From assembly GCF_056746865.1 (NCBI RefSeq), contig NZ_CM163382.1: a stretch of 64,000 nt of DNA; one strand, given 5' to 3'. Shown in pieces: positions 46,677 through 57,896 of the stretch (the first letter of the stretch is position 1; every line of letters begins with the position of its first letter). The notes beneath the pieces were generated by a model. That model did not search any database and was not told where the DNA came from. It saw only the letters and a program-made list of their open reading frames with translations. A program made the translations under genes and the position numbers.

Positions 46677-47306
46677 TTATGCCCACTCATTTTTTAACGC
46701 TTGATGATGCAGCTGCAGCCATTGCAAAGCGATGACCGACGCTGCGTTGTCGATTTTCCCCTCTTCTACCCACTGGTATGCCTGTTCCCGGCTTACCACA
46801 TGAACGCGAATATCTTCGTTTTCATCAGCCAGACCGTGAATACCGCTTGCGGTCGTGGCGTCCACTTCGCCCACCATAATTGACGAACGCTCACTGGTGC
46901 CCCCCGGGCTTGCCAGGAAACTTAACACCGGTTTGGTCCGTTTGACTATCAGTCCCGCCTCTTCAATCGCTTCGCGACGGGCAACATCTTCCACACTTTC
47001 ACCCTCTTCAATCATCCCGGCAACCATCTCCAGTAGCCAGGGGGTTTCGCTGGTGTCGTACGCGGCAATCCGAATCTGCTCAATCAGCACAACTTCATCA
47101 CGCACTGGGTCAAAGGGTAGCAAGACTGCGGCGTGACCGCGCTCAAAAATTTCCCGCCGTACCTCATGACTCATTTGCCCGTTGAATAGACGATGACGAA
47201 ATCTATAAAGATCTAATGAAAAAAAGCCGCGATAAAGTGTTTCTCGTGCAATAATTTCTACATCGTTTTTGCCAAATGTAACGGGCAGGTTGTCTGGCTT
47301 AAGCAT
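46677..47306 (-). CDS. nudF: ADP-ribose pyrophosphatase (Nudix)
   Basis: 209 aa; Nudix box G-x5-E-x7-REAIEEAG. Confidence 0.95.
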
Positions 47307-47510
47307 TGTTAATGTCCTGGCACTAATAGTGAATTAAATGTGAATTTCAGCGACGTTTGACTGCCGTTTGAGCAGTCATGTGTTAAATTGAGGCACATTA
47401 ACGCCCTATGGCACGTAACGCCAACCTTTTGCGGTAGCGGCTTCTGCTAGAATCCGCAATAATTTTACAGTTTGATCGCGCTAAATACTGCTTCACCACA
47501 AGGAATGCAA

Positions 47511-48992
47511 ATGAAGAAATTGCTCCCCATTCTTATCGGCCTGAGCCTTTCTGGGTTCAGTTCGTTGAGCCAGGCCGAGAACCTGATGCAAGTTTATCAG
47601 CAAGCACGCCTTAGTAACCCGGAATTGCGTAAGTCTGCCGCCGATCGTGATGCTGCCTTTGAAAAAATTAATGAAGCGCGCAGTCCATTACTGCCACAGC
47701 TAGGTTTAGGTGCAGATTACACCTATAGCAACGGCTACCGCGACGCGAACGGCATCAACTCTAACGCGACCAGTGCGTCCTTGCAGTTAACTCAATCCAT
47801 TTTTGATATGTCGAAATGGCGTGCGTTAACGCTGCAGGAAAAAGCAGCTGGGATTCAGGACGTCACGTATCAGACCGATCAACAAACCTTGATCCTCAAC
47901 ACCGCGACCGCTTATTTCAACGTGTTGAATGCTATTGACGTTCTTTCCTATACACAGGCGCAAAAAGAAGCGATCTACCGTCAATTAGATCAAACCACCC
48001 AACGTTTTAACGTGGGCCTGGTAGCGATCACTGACGTGCAGAACGCCCGCGCACAGTACGATACCGTGCTGGCGAACGAAGTGACCGCACGTAATAACCT
48101 TGATAACGCGGTAGAGCAGCTGCGCCAGATCACCGGTAACTACTATCCGGAACTGGCGGCGCTGAATGTCGAAAACTTTAAAACCGACAAACCACAGCCG
48201 GTTAACACGCTGCTGAAAGAAGCCGAAAAACGCAACCTGTCGTTGTTACAGGCGCGCTTGAGCCAGGACCTGGCACGCGAGCAAATTCGCCAGGCGCAGG
48301 ATGGTCACTTACCGACTCTGGATTTAACGGCTTCTACCGGGATTTCTGACACCTCATATAGCGGTTCGAAAACCCGAGGTGCCGCTGGTACCCAGTATGA
48401 CGATAGCAATATGGGCCAGAACAAAGTTGGCCTGAGCTTCTCGCTGCCGATTTATCAGGGCGGAATGGTTAACTCGCAGGTGAAACAGGCCCAGTACAAC
48501 TTTGTTGGTGCCAGCGAGCAACTGGAAAGCGCGCATCGTAGCGTCGTACAAACCGTACGTTCCTCCTTCAACAACATTAATGCTTCTATCAGTAGCATTA
48601 ACGCCTACAAACAAGCCGTAGTTTCCGCTCAAAGCTCATTAGACGCGATGGAGGCGGGCTACTCGGTCGGTACGCGTACCATTGTTGATGTGTTGGATGC
48701 GACCACCACGTTGTACAACGCCAAGCAAGAGCTGGCGAATGCGCGTTATAACTACCTGATTAATCAGCTGAATATTAAGTCAGCTCTGGGTACGTTGAAC
48801 GAGCAGGATCTGCTGGCACTGAACAATGCGCTGAGCAAACCGGTTTCCACTAATCCGGAAAACGTTGCCCCGCAAACGCCGGAACAGAATGCTATTGCTG
48901 ATGGTTATGCGCCTGATAGCCCGGCACCCGTCGTTCAGCAAACATCCGCACGCACTACCACCAGTAACGGTCATAACCCTTTCCGTAACTGA
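47511..48992 (+). CDS. tolC: Outer membrane efflux channel TolC
   Basis: 493 aa from ATG at 47511 (MKKLLPILIGLSLSGFSSLSQA signal). Confidence 0.95.
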   Translation: MKKLLPILIGLSLSGFSSLSQAENLMQVYQQARLSNPELRKSAADRDAAFEKINEARSPLLPQLGLGADYTYSNGYRDANGINSNATSASLQLTQSIFDMSKWRALTLQEKAAGIQDVTYQTDQQTLILNTATAYFNVLNAIDVLSYTQAQKEAIYRQLDQTTQRFNVGLVAITDVQNARAQYDTVLANEVTARNNLDNAVEQLRQITGNYYPELAALNVENFKTDKPQPVNTLLKEAEKRNLSLLQARLSQDLAREQIRQAQDGHLPTLDLTASTGISDTSYSGSKTRGAAGTQYDDSNMGQNKVGLSFSLPIYQGGMVNSQVKQAQYNFVGASEQLESAHRSVVQTVRSSFNNINASISSINAYKQAVVSAQSSLDAMEAGYSVGTRTIVDVLDATTTLYNAKQELANARYNYLINQLNIKSALGTLNEQDLLALNNALSKPVSTNPENVAPQTPEQNAIADGYAPDSPAPVVQQTSARTTTSNGHNPFRN

Positions 48993-49139
48993 TGACGACG
49001 ACGGGGCTTCGGCCCCGTCTAAACGTAAGGCAACGTAAAGATACGGGTTATCTGCCGCATTCTTCCCCCTTCTCGCTTCAATTTCGACCAGCCATCCTCT
49101 ATTCTGATGGGTATTTACCACTGGTCCCGGAAGACAAAA

Positions 49140-49811
49140 ATGAAACGGACAAAATCCATACGCCACGCATCGTTCCGCAAAAACTGGAGCGCACGCCATC
49201 TGACACCAGTCGCTCTCGCGGTTGCCACTGTTTTTATGCTGGCTGGCTGTGAAAAGAGTGATGAAACAGTGTCTCTCTATCAAAATGCTGACGACTGTTC
49301 AGCTGCAAACCCAGGCAAAAGCGCCGAATGTACCACCGCGTACAACAATGCGCTGAAAGAAGCCGAACGTACTGCGCCGAAATACGCCACCCGTGAAGAC
49401 TGTGTTGCTGAATTTGGTGAAGGTCAGTGCCAGCAGGCACCAGCCCAGGCTGGTATGGCACCAGAAAACCAGGCGCAGGCCCAGCAATCCAGCGGAAGTT
49501 TCTGGATGCCGCTGATGGCCGGTTACATGATGGGGCGTCTGATGGGCGGCGGCGCGGGATTTGCACAGCAGCCGCTGTTCTCCTCGAAAAACCCAGCCAG
49601 CCCGGCTTACGGTAAATATACCGACGCGACGGGTAAAAACTATGGCGCAGCGCAGCCAGGCCGCACCATGACCGTACCGAAGACGGCAATGGCACCAAAA
49701 CCGGCGACCACCACCACCGTTACTCGTGGCGGTTTTGGTGAATCTGTTGCCAAACAAAGCACTATGCAGCGTAGCGCAACCGGCACCTCTTCTCGTTCAA
49801 TGGGTGGCTGA
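49140..49811 (+). CDS. ygiB: DUF1190/UPF0441 family protein, co-oriented downstream of tolC
   Basis: 223 aa from ATG at 49140. Confidence 0.85.
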
Positions 49812-49816
49812 TACCG

Positions 49817-50977
49817 ATGGAAAGAGTCAGTATTACCGAGCGCCCGGACTGGCGCGAAAAAGCCCACGAATACGGTTTCAATTTTCACACCATGTACGGC
49901 GAACCGTACTGGTGTGAAGATGCTTACTACAAGTTGACCCTCGCCCAGGTTGAAAAGCTGGAAGAAGTCACCGCCGAACTGCACCAGATGTGCCTGAAAG
50001 TGGTTGAAAAAGTGATCGCCAGCGATGAGCTGATGACCAAATTCCGCATTCCAAAACACACCTGGAGTTTTGTGCGCCAGTCATGGCTGACTCACCAGCC
50101 ATCGCTTTATTCGCGTCTTGATCTGGCGTGGGATGGTACTGGCGAACCTAAACTTCTGGAAAATAACGCCGATACGCCAACGTCACTGTATGAAGCCGCA
50201 TTCTTTCAGTGGATCTGGCTGGAAGATCAGCTTAACGCCGGTAACCTGCCGGAAGGCAGCGACCAGTTTAACAGTCTGCAAGAAAAGCTAATCGATCGCT
50301 TTGTCGAGTTGCGTGAACAGTATGGCTTCCAGTTGCTGCATCTCACCTGCTGTCGCGACACGGTGGAAGATCGCGGAACCATTCAGTATTTGCAGGACTG
50401 CGCGACAGAAGCTGAAATCGCTACTGAATTCCTCTACATCGACGATATCGGTTTAGGCGAAAAAGGTCAGTTCACGGATTTACAAGATCAGGTGATTTCT
50501 AACCTGTTCAAGCTGTATCCGTGGGAATTTATGCTGCGTGAGATGTTCTCCACCAAGCTGGAGGATGCAGGCGTACGCTGGCTGGAACCGGCGTGGAAGA
50601 GCATTATCTCCAACAAAGCGCTTCTACCGCTGTTGTGGGAGATGTTCCCGAATCACCCGAACCTGCTGCCCGCTTATTTTGCGGAAGATGATCATCCGCA
50701 AATGGAAAAATATGTGGTTAAACCGATCTTCTCCCGTGAAGGCGCAAACGTGTCGATCATTGAGAACGGCAAAACCATTGAAGCAGCGGAAGGTCCGTAT
50801 GGCGAAGAAGGGATGATTGTTCAGCAATTCCACCCGTTACCGAAATTCGGCGACAGCTATATGCTGATTGGTAGCTGGCTGGTTAACGATCAACCTGCCG
50901 GAATTGGCATTCGTGAAGACCGTGCATTGATCACCCAGGATATGTCTCGGTTTTATCCGCATATTTTTGTTGAGTAA
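49817..50977 (+). CDS. ygiC: ATP-grasp protein homologous to the synthetase domain of glutathionylspermidine synthetase
   Basis: 386 aa; similar to C-terminal half of gss product in same window. Confidence 0.9.
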
Positions 50978-51461
50978 TACTGTTCAATATTGCCCCGTTT
51001 ACCGGGGCAATTTATTATACTTCGCAAATCATCACCCCCATCTATATATAATCAATCACATCCATCACTTTTATTTAACATTAATTCCTAATTTAATATT
51101 AAATCGTCATATGTAAGCGATACTGTAATTAAATTAATCAATAAAATCACTTGGTAACCTATTGTTTTATGAGTTTATTTATATCCAACACCGCATCAAA
51201 AATAGATTTAATAATTAAAAAACAATGTCGCTGGGATCACACTACACAATATTGAATATTGTTATTGATATATTGCCCACCTAGTATCGACCAAAAGAAA
51301 ATATTTGTTACAGAGAAATACAAAAATTCTAAAACCAGTAAAAAATATTCATAACGATTATTATTAATACATTTTAATTCACAAAACAAATTTATTAGCA
51401 CCACCTCAACAGTCGATATTCATCATTATTATATATTTGCGTTATATAAGGAGATATATCC

Positions 51462-53258
51462 ATGTTTGATAAATATAGAAAAACTCTGGTAGCCGGAGCT
51501 GTGGCGATAACTCTGGGTTTGTCAGCACCGGGGGTGATGGCAGCAGGTTTTAAACCCGCACCACCTGCCGGGCAACTGGGTGCAGTCATTGTCGATCCCT
51601 ACGGCAATGCACCACTGACCGCTTTGGTTGACTTAGATAGCCATGTCATTTCTGATGTCAAAGTTACCGTCCATGGGAAGGGCGAAAAAGGCGTAGAAAT
51701 CAGCTATCCCGTGGGTCAGGAATCACTAAAAACTTATGATGGTGTACCGATTTTTGGTCTTTATCAGAAATTTGCTAACAAAGTGACCGTTGAGTGGAAA
51801 GAAAACGGCAAGGTCATGAAAGATGATTATGTGGTGCACACTTCGGCCATCGTCAATAATTACATGGATAACCGCTCTATCTCCGATTTACAACAGACCA
51901 AAGTTATTAAAGTCGCACCGGGTTTTGAAGATCGCCTCTATCTGGTTAATACCCACACCTTTACCGCCCAAGGTTCCGATCTCCACTGGCATGGTGAGAA
52001 AGATAAAAATGCCGGTATCCTTGATGCGGGTCCGGCAACCGGCGCACTACCTTTTGATATCGCGCCCTTTACTTTCATTGTCGATACCGAAGGTGAATAC
52101 CGCTGGTGGCTGGATCAAGACACTTTCTACGATGGTCGTGACCGCGATATCAACAAGCGTGGTTATCTGATGGGTATCCGCGAAACACCACGCGGCACCT
52201 TTACCGCTGTACAAGGTCAGCACTGGTACGAGTTCGACATGATGGGGCAGGTGCTCGAAGATCACAAACTACCGCGCGGATTTGCTGACGCCACTCATGA
52301 GTCCATTGAGACGCCTAATGGCACAGTATTGTTGCGCGTAGGTAAGAGCAATTACCGTCGCGATGACGGCGTACACGTCACCACCATTCGTGACCATATC
52401 CTCGAAGTCGATAAATCTGGTCGCGTTGTCGATGTATGGGATCTGACCAAGATCCTCGATCCGAAACGCGATGCACTGCTCGGCGCGCTGGATGCAGGTG
52501 CAGTTTGCGTTAACGTTGACCTTGCCCATGCAGGACAACAGGCAAAACTGGAACCGGATACACCGTTCGGCGACGCGCTGGGTGTAGGGCCAGGTCGTAA
52601 CTGGGCGCACGTTAACTCAATCGCCTATGACGCAAAAGATGACTCAATCATCCTCTCCTCTCGCCACCAGGGTGTTGTGAAAATTGGTCGTGATAAGCAA
52701 GTGAAATGGATCCTTGCGCCCTCTAAAGGTTGGGAAAAACCGCTGGCCAGCAAGCTGCTGAAACCGGTTGATGCTAACGGTAAGCCAATTACCTGTAACG
52801 AAAATGGCCTGTGCGAAAACTCAGACTTCGACTTTACCTACACCCAGCATACCGCCTGGATTTCCAGCAAAGGAACGCTCACCATTTTTGATAATGGCGA
52901 TGGGCGTCATCTGGAACAACCTGCCTTACCAACCATGAAATACTCCCGCTTTGTGGAATATAAGATTGATGAGAAGAAAGGCACCGTTCAGCAAGTGTGG
53001 GAATACGGTAAAGAACGTGGCTACGATTTCTATAGCCCGATTACCTCCATCATTGAATATCAAGCCGACCGTAACACCATGTTTGGCTTCGGTGGTTCTA
53101 TTCATTTGTTCGATGTCGGGCAGCCAACCGTCGGTAAGTTGAACGAAATCGATTACAAAACCAAAGAAGTGAAAGTGGAAATCGACGTGCTGTCAGATAA
53201 ACCCAATCAGACTCACTATCGTGCACTGTTAGTCCGTCCACAACAGATGTTCAAATAA
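51462..53258 (+). CDS. assT: Periplasmic arylsulfate sulfotransferase (ASST)
   Basis: 598 aa with Sec signal peptide; matches remembered AssT of uropathogenic E. coli. Confidence 0.85.
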   Translation: MFDKYRKTLVAGAVAITLGLSAPGVMAAGFKPAPPAGQLGAVIVDPYGNAPLTALVDLDSHVISDVKVTVHGKGEKGVEISYPVGQESLKTYDGVPIFGLYQKFANKVTVEWKENGKVMKDDYVVHTSAIVNNYMDNRSISDLQQTKVIKVAPGFEDRLYLVNTHTFTAQGSDLHWHGEKDKNAGILDAGPATGALPFDIAPFTFIVDTEGEYRWWLDQDTFYDGRDRDINKRGYLMGIRETPRGTFTAVQGQHWYEFDMMGQVLEDHKLPRGFADATHESIETPNGTVLLRVGKSNYRRDDGVHVTTIRDHILEVDKSGRVVDVWDLTKILDPKRDALLGALDAGAVCVNVDLAHAGQQAKLEPDTPFGDALGVGPGRNWAHVNSIAYDAKDDSIILSSRHQGVVKIGRDKQVKWILAPSKGWEKPLASKLLKPVDANGKPITCNENGLCENSDFDFTYTQHTAWISSKGTLTIFDNGDGRHLEQPALPTMKYSRFVEYKIDEKKGTVQQVWEYGKERGYDFYSPITSIIEYQADRNTMFGFGGSIHLFDVGQPTVGKLNEIDYKTKEVKVEIDVLSDKPNQTHYRALLVRPQQMFK

Positions 53259-53275
53259 TTAAGAAGGGAATAAAA

Positions 53276-53944
53276 ATGTCGAAATTAGGGATCTCATCAC
53301 TATTTAAAACCATACTGCTTACCGCAGCTTTGGCTGTTTCATTTACCGCTTCTGCATTTACCGAAGGCACGGATTACATGGTTCTGGAAAAACCTATTCC
53401 GAATGCCGACAAAACGCTGATTAAGGTATTTAGCTACGCCTGCCCGTTCTGTTACAAGTACGACAAAGCGGTTACCGGTCCGGTATCGGAAAAAGTGAAA
53501 GATATCGTTGCTTTTACTCCATTCCATCTGGAAACAAAAGGTGAATACGGCAAACAAGCAAGCGAAGTCTTTGCGGTCTTGATCAATAAAGATAAAGCAG
53601 CAGGTATTTCATTATTTGATGCTAACTCTCAGTTTAAGAAAGCCAAGTTTGCTTATTACGCGGCTTATCATGACAAAAAAGAACGCTGGTCTGATGGTAA
53701 AGATCCGGCTGCCTTTATCAAAACCGGACTGGACGCCGCAGGTATGAGTCAGGCCGATTTTGAAGCCGCGCTGAAAGAGCCTGCAGTTCAGGAAACGCTG
53801 GAAAAATGGAAAGCCTCTTATGAAGTTGCAAAAATCCAGGGCGTTCCGGCGTATGTCGTCAATGGTAAATACCTGATCTACACCAAGAGTATTAAATCTA
53901 TTGACTCAATGGCAGACCTTATCCGCGAGTTAGCAAGCAAATAA
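53276..53944 (+). CDS. dsbL: Periplasmic thiol:disulfide oxidoreductase, DsbA paralog (CPFC active site)
   Basis: 222 aa; signal peptide; CPFC motif read directly. Confidence 0.85.
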   Translation: MSKLGISSLFKTILLTAALAVSFTASAFTEGTDYMVLEKPIPNADKTLIKVFSYACPFCYKYDKAVTGPVSEKVKDIVAFTPFHLETKGEYGKQASEVFAVLINKDKAAGISLFDANSQFKKAKFAYYAAYHDKKERWSDGKDPAAFIKTGLDAAGMSQADFEAALKEPAVQETLEKWKASYEVAKIQGVPAYVVNGKYLIYTKSIKSIDSMADLIRELASK

Positions 53945-53958
53945 CAGGGAAACAGGCT

Positions 53959-54630
53959 ATGGGTATTAAGGGAATGTGGAAAGACCTTCGCACTTCACCG
54001 GTGGACACGCTGGTAAGATGGCAAGAACAACGTTTTTTGTGGTTGTTAATGGCCATTGCGATGGGCGCGTTAATTATCCTGGCGCACTCTTTCTTCCAGA
54101 TCTATCTCTACATGGCACCCTGTGAGCAATGTGTATACATTCGCTACGCCATGTTTGTGATGGTTATTGGAGGATTGGTTGCAGCGATCAACCCAAAGAA
54201 CATCATCCTAAAGCTAATTGGCTGCGTGATGGCATTTTACGGCAGCATTTTGGGACTGAAGTTTTCGCTCAAACTGAACGATATCCACCATGCAGTACAT
54301 AATCCGGATCCCGATTCACTGTTTGGCGTACAGGGTTGCTCTACCGATCCAACTTTTCCCTTTAACCTGCCGCTGGCACAGTGGGCACCAAATTGGTTCA
54401 AGCCTACCGGGGATTGTGGCTATGACGCACCAATCGTTCCTGATGGCGTCACACTGAGCAGCACGCAACAGTGGTTTGTGGAAATGTATCAGCAATCTGA
54501 AGGCTGGTATCTGCTACCACCATGGCATTTTATGAATATGGCTCAGGCTTGTATGCTGGCTTTTGGTATGTGTCTGGTGCTGCTGGTCATTATGAGTGGC
54601 GCATGGGCGCTTAAAATCATCAGAGGCTAA
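53959..54630 (+). CDS. dsbI: Membrane disulfide-bond oxidoreductase, DsbB paralog
   Basis: 223 aa; periplasmic-loop Cys pairs CEQC and C...C; multiple TM helices. Confidence 0.85.
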   Translation: MGIKGMWKDLRTSPVDTLVRWQEQRFLWLLMAIAMGALIILAHSFFQIYLYMAPCEQCVYIRYAMFVMVIGGLVAAINPKNIILKLIGCVMAFYGSILGLKFSLKLNDIHHAVHNPDPDSLFGVQGCSTDPTFPFNLPLAQWAPNWFKPTGDCGYDAPIVPDGVTLSSTQQWFVEMYQQSEGWYLLPPWHFMNMAQACMLAFGMCLVLLVIMSGAWALKIIRG

Positions 54631-54638
54631 CTCAGCAA

Positions 54639-54675
54639 CACCCGAAGCCAGTCGTTCTGGCTTCGGGTTCTTTTA
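54639..54675. terminator. Bidirectional terminator between dsbI and ygiD
   Basis: acccgaagccagtcgttctggcttcgggt hairpin then tcttttatt. Confidence 0.7.
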
Positions 54676-55464
54676 TTAACCTATCTGCACCGACAGCATA
54701 CTTAAACTGCCCATTTCTATACCATCGACCGGAATGGTAATTGGCTCCTGCCCATCCCACGCACCTAAGACATACAACAACGGCAGATAGTGCTCTGGCG
54801 TTGGATTCGATAACGCGCCACCTTCATGGTCGAGATAATTCACCAGAGGATGCTGCTCTACCGGCCCTTGCCACGTCAGATTCGCTTTCACATACTCATT
54901 AAACGACATCGCCCACGGATACGGTGAACTATCACCGTGCCACTTCACCGTACGCAGGTTATGCACCACGTTACCGCTGGCGACCAACATTATTCCTTCA
55001 TCCCGCAGCGCTGCCAGTTTGCGCCCCATTTCGAAATGCCAGGCGGCAGGTTTGCTACTGTCGATACTCAACTGCACCATCGGGATATCCGCTTGCGGAT
55101 ACATCTTAATCAGCACGCCCCACGAGCCGTGGTCAAAGCCCCAGGCTTCTTTATCCAGCGTCACCGGGACCGGCGCTAACAGCTCAACCAGATGCTGTGC
55201 CAGCGCAGGCGAACCCGGAGCAGGATAATGCGTGTCGTACAGCGCCTGCGGGAAGCCACCAAAGTCATGAATCGTGGGCGGCGTCTCCATCGCGGTCACT
55301 CCTGTTCCACGGGTAAACCAGTGAGCCGAAACCACCACAATCGCTTGCGGGCGTGGCAATGTCATCCCCAACTTCTGCCAGCTGCGGGTATACAAATTAT
55401 CTTCCAGCACGTTCATCGGACTACCGTGACCTAAAAACAATGCTGGCATACGTGTTGAAGACAT
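54676..55464 (-). CDS. ygiD: Extradiol ring-cleavage dioxygenase, 4,5-DOPA dioxygenase-like
   Basis: 262 aa from ATG at 55464 (MSSTRMPALFLGHGSPMN...). Confidence 0.9.
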   Translation of the reverse strand: MSSTRMPALFLGHGSPMNVLEDNLYTRSWQKLGMTLPRPQAIVVVSAHWFTRGTGVTAMETPPTIHDFGGFPQALYDTHYPAPGSPALAQHLVELLAPVPVTLDKEAWGFDHGSWGVLIKMYPQADIPMVQLSIDSSKPAAWHFEMGRKLAALRDEGIMLVASGNVVHNLRTVKWHGDSSPYPWAMSFNEYVKANLTWQGPVEQHPLVNYLDHEGGALSNPTPEHYLPLLYVLGAWDGQEPITIPVDGIEMGSLSMLSVQIG

Positions 55465-55606
55465 GATGATATCCTTAACTAAAGGTGTCATTTTGATATC
55501 CTCACAATACGCTTGTTCGGCGGAGTAAGAACCCGGATAACAATGATGATGATCATCAGTTATTTTGACGATCTGCCTGAAGGTGAAGATTTATAAGGAG
55601 TTGTCG

Positions 55607-56380
55607 ATGTCAGTACCTCTCATTCTGACCATACTGGCGGGGGCAGCCACGTTTATTGGCGCGTTTCTCGGCGTTCTCGGGCAAAAACCCTCGAACCGCT
55701 TACTGGCGTTTTCGCTAGGATTTGCGGCGGGGATCATGTTGCTCATCTCATTAATGGAAATGCTTCCTGCCGCACTAGCAGCTGAAGGAATGTCGCCTGT
55801 GTTGGGTTATGGAATGTTTATCTTCGGTCTGCTTGGCTATTTTGGCCTGGACCGCATGTTGCCACATGCGCATCCGCAGGATTTAATGCAAAAATCGGTG
55901 CAGCCGTTGCCAAAATCGATCAAGCGCACAGCCATTCTGCTCACTCTCGGCATCAGTCTGCATAACTTCCCGGAAGGGATTGCCACCTTTGTCACTGCGA
56001 GCAGCAACCTGGAGCTGGGCTTTGGCATCGCACTGGCCGTTGCGTTACACAATATTCCTGAAGGTCTGGCGGTTGCAGGCCCGGTTTACGCGGCAACGGG
56101 GTCTAAACGCACCGCGATTCTGTGGGCGGGGATTTCTGGACTGGCAGAAATTCTTGGTGGTGTGCTGGCGTGGTTAATCCTCGGTAGCATGATTTCCCCG
56201 GTGGTCATGGCGGCAATCATGGCGGCGGTTGCAGGAATTATGGTGGCGCTCTCGGTTGATGAATTAATGCCGCTCGCCAAAGAGATTGACCCTAATAATA
56301 ACCCCAGCTATGGCGTACTATGTGGAATGTCAGTGATGGGATTCAGTTTAGTGCTGCTACAAACGGCGGGAATTGGTTAA
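55607..56380 (+). CDS. zupT: ZIP-family zinc (divalent metal) transporter
   Basis: 257 aa from ATG at 55607 ([10 protein letters not shown]...). Confidence 0.95.
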
Positions 56381-56437
56381 AAACAACATCAGAAGTTGTC
56401 CAGCGCATGGACAACTTCTGCCAGCTTCACGAAAGCC

Positions 56438-56608
56438 TTATTCTACCTTTTCGGCTGTCTCTTCTCTCGTACTGTTTAAGTATTTGTTCCGCGCTTCAAG
56501 CAGTGCGTCTCTGTCCTGGCGAAACGCCCGACAATAACGTTTCAAATGCAGGAAATAACCCACCACAACCAGAGCAATCAATACAATCCAGTACCAGGCG
56601 ATAAACAT
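56438..56608 (-). CDS. Candidate small single-pass membrane protein, 56 aa from ATG (track ORF starts at upstream TTG)
   Basis: N-terminal hydrophobic helix MFIAWYWIVLIALVVVGYFL then charged tail; aagggtaaaagg precedes ATG; AT-rich upstream region. Confidence 0.45.
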   Translation of the reverse strand: MFIAWYWIVLIALVVVGYFLHLKRYCRAFRQDRDALLEARNKYLNSTREETAEKVE

Positions 56609-56802
56609 CCTTTTACCCTTAATATTTAACAATACTAAACATTTAGCGCATAAATTTCACATATCCTTTTTCGGATATATTCATATGGTCGCATAATAAC
56701 GGAACAATTATATGATTTTGATCATAATGAAAAAGAATGCCTGATATTAATGAAATTTTCTCATAGAAAGAGAAGCGGAATTAACATCTTGCATAGCAGG
56801 GA

Positions 56803-56840
56803 AAAATAAAAACCGAAGCCTGCTACAACTTCGGTTTCTT
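56803..56840 (-). terminator. Rho-independent terminator downstream of ribB
   Basis: aaccgaagcctgctacaacttcggtt hairpin with flanking A/T runs. Confidence 0.65.
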
Positions 56841-56869
56841 GATTAAGGCAGTAAATTAAGCAGCGGTTT

Positions 56870-57523
56870 TCAGCTGGCTTTACGCTCATGTGCCTGACGA
56901 TAAGCCACCAGGTCTTCAATAGTCACGAGCGCCATATTGTGTTTATTGGCAAACTCAATGCACTCTGGTGCACGCGCCATCGTGCCATCGTCATTAGTCA
57001 GCTCACACAGCACACCAGCCGGTTTAAAGCCTGCCAGCGTCATCAGATCAATAGTCGCTTCAGTATGGCCGCCACGCGTCAGTACACCACCAGCCTGAGC
57101 GCGAAGTGGGAAAACGTGGCCCGGGCGATTCAGATCAGAAGGTTTTGCGTCATCGGCAATCGCTGCGCGAACGGTCGTAATACGGTCAGCGGCAGAAACA
57201 CCGGTAGTCACACCTTCAGCCGCTTCAATGGTCACGGTAAAACCGGTGCCATAGGCGCTGGTGTTATTTTCTACCATCATTGGCAGATCAAGTTGTTTAC
57301 GGCGATCTTCAGTAATGCACAGGCAAACAATACCGCTACCGTGGCGAATGGTCAGCGCCATCTGCTCAACGGTCATGGTTTCTGCCGGGAAGATCATATC
57401 GCCTTCGTTTTCACGGTCTTCATCATCAAGCACCATTACACCGCGTCCTTCACGCAGCGCAGCCAGTGCATTTTCAACACGTTCGAAAGGCGTACCAAAA
57501 GAGGAAAGTAGCGTCTGATTCAT
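56870..57523 (-). CDS. ribB: 3,4-dihydroxy-2-butanone 4-phosphate synthase
   Basis: 217 aa. Confidence 0.95.
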   Translation of the reverse strand: MNQTLLSSFGTPFERVENALAALREGRGVMVLDDEDRENEGDMIFPAETMTVEQMALTIRHGSGIVCLCITEDRRKQLDLPMMVENNTSAYGTGFTVTIEAAEGVTTGVSAADRITTVRAAIADDAKPSDLNRPGHVFPLRAQAGGVLTRGGHTEATIDLMTLAGFKPAGVLCELTNDDGTMARAPECIEFANKHNMALVTIEDLVAYRQAHERKAS

Positions 57524-57599
57524 GGTAAAAAAACCTCACTAAAATTATGGTTACCAGAATCAGGGCAGTCTTAGGAGTGGCGGCATATAGCCAAAATAA

Positions 57600-57770
57600 C
57601 GTGAGCGGGTCCATGCCCGACAGAATCGTTACTCTCTCCCATCCGGACTCTAACCGTCGGCCCCGGAATTACACCGGATCTGCTGTCCTTTGAGTTCGCA
57701 CCCAAAGCGCTCGCGGGCTTTCAACTGAGTTGATTTACCGCCGGTGGGGAATTTCGCCCCGCCCTGAGAA
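57600..57770 (-). promoter_or_regulatory. FMN riboswitch (RFN element) in the ribB leader
   Basis: Minus-strand leader contains conserved RFN segments gggcggggcgaaattccccaccggcgg ... ccgggg ... ggatgggagag upstream of ribB; boundaries approximate. Confidence 0.8.
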
Positions 57771-57896
57771 TAAGCGGATTCACTATAACGCTAATGATTA
57801 GCGCCAGCAACGCATAGCTTCACATAATTCTGGTTTATGACTTACCCTTATCGCACTACAATGGCACTCAACACCTATCAGTACAGGGAAACTACA

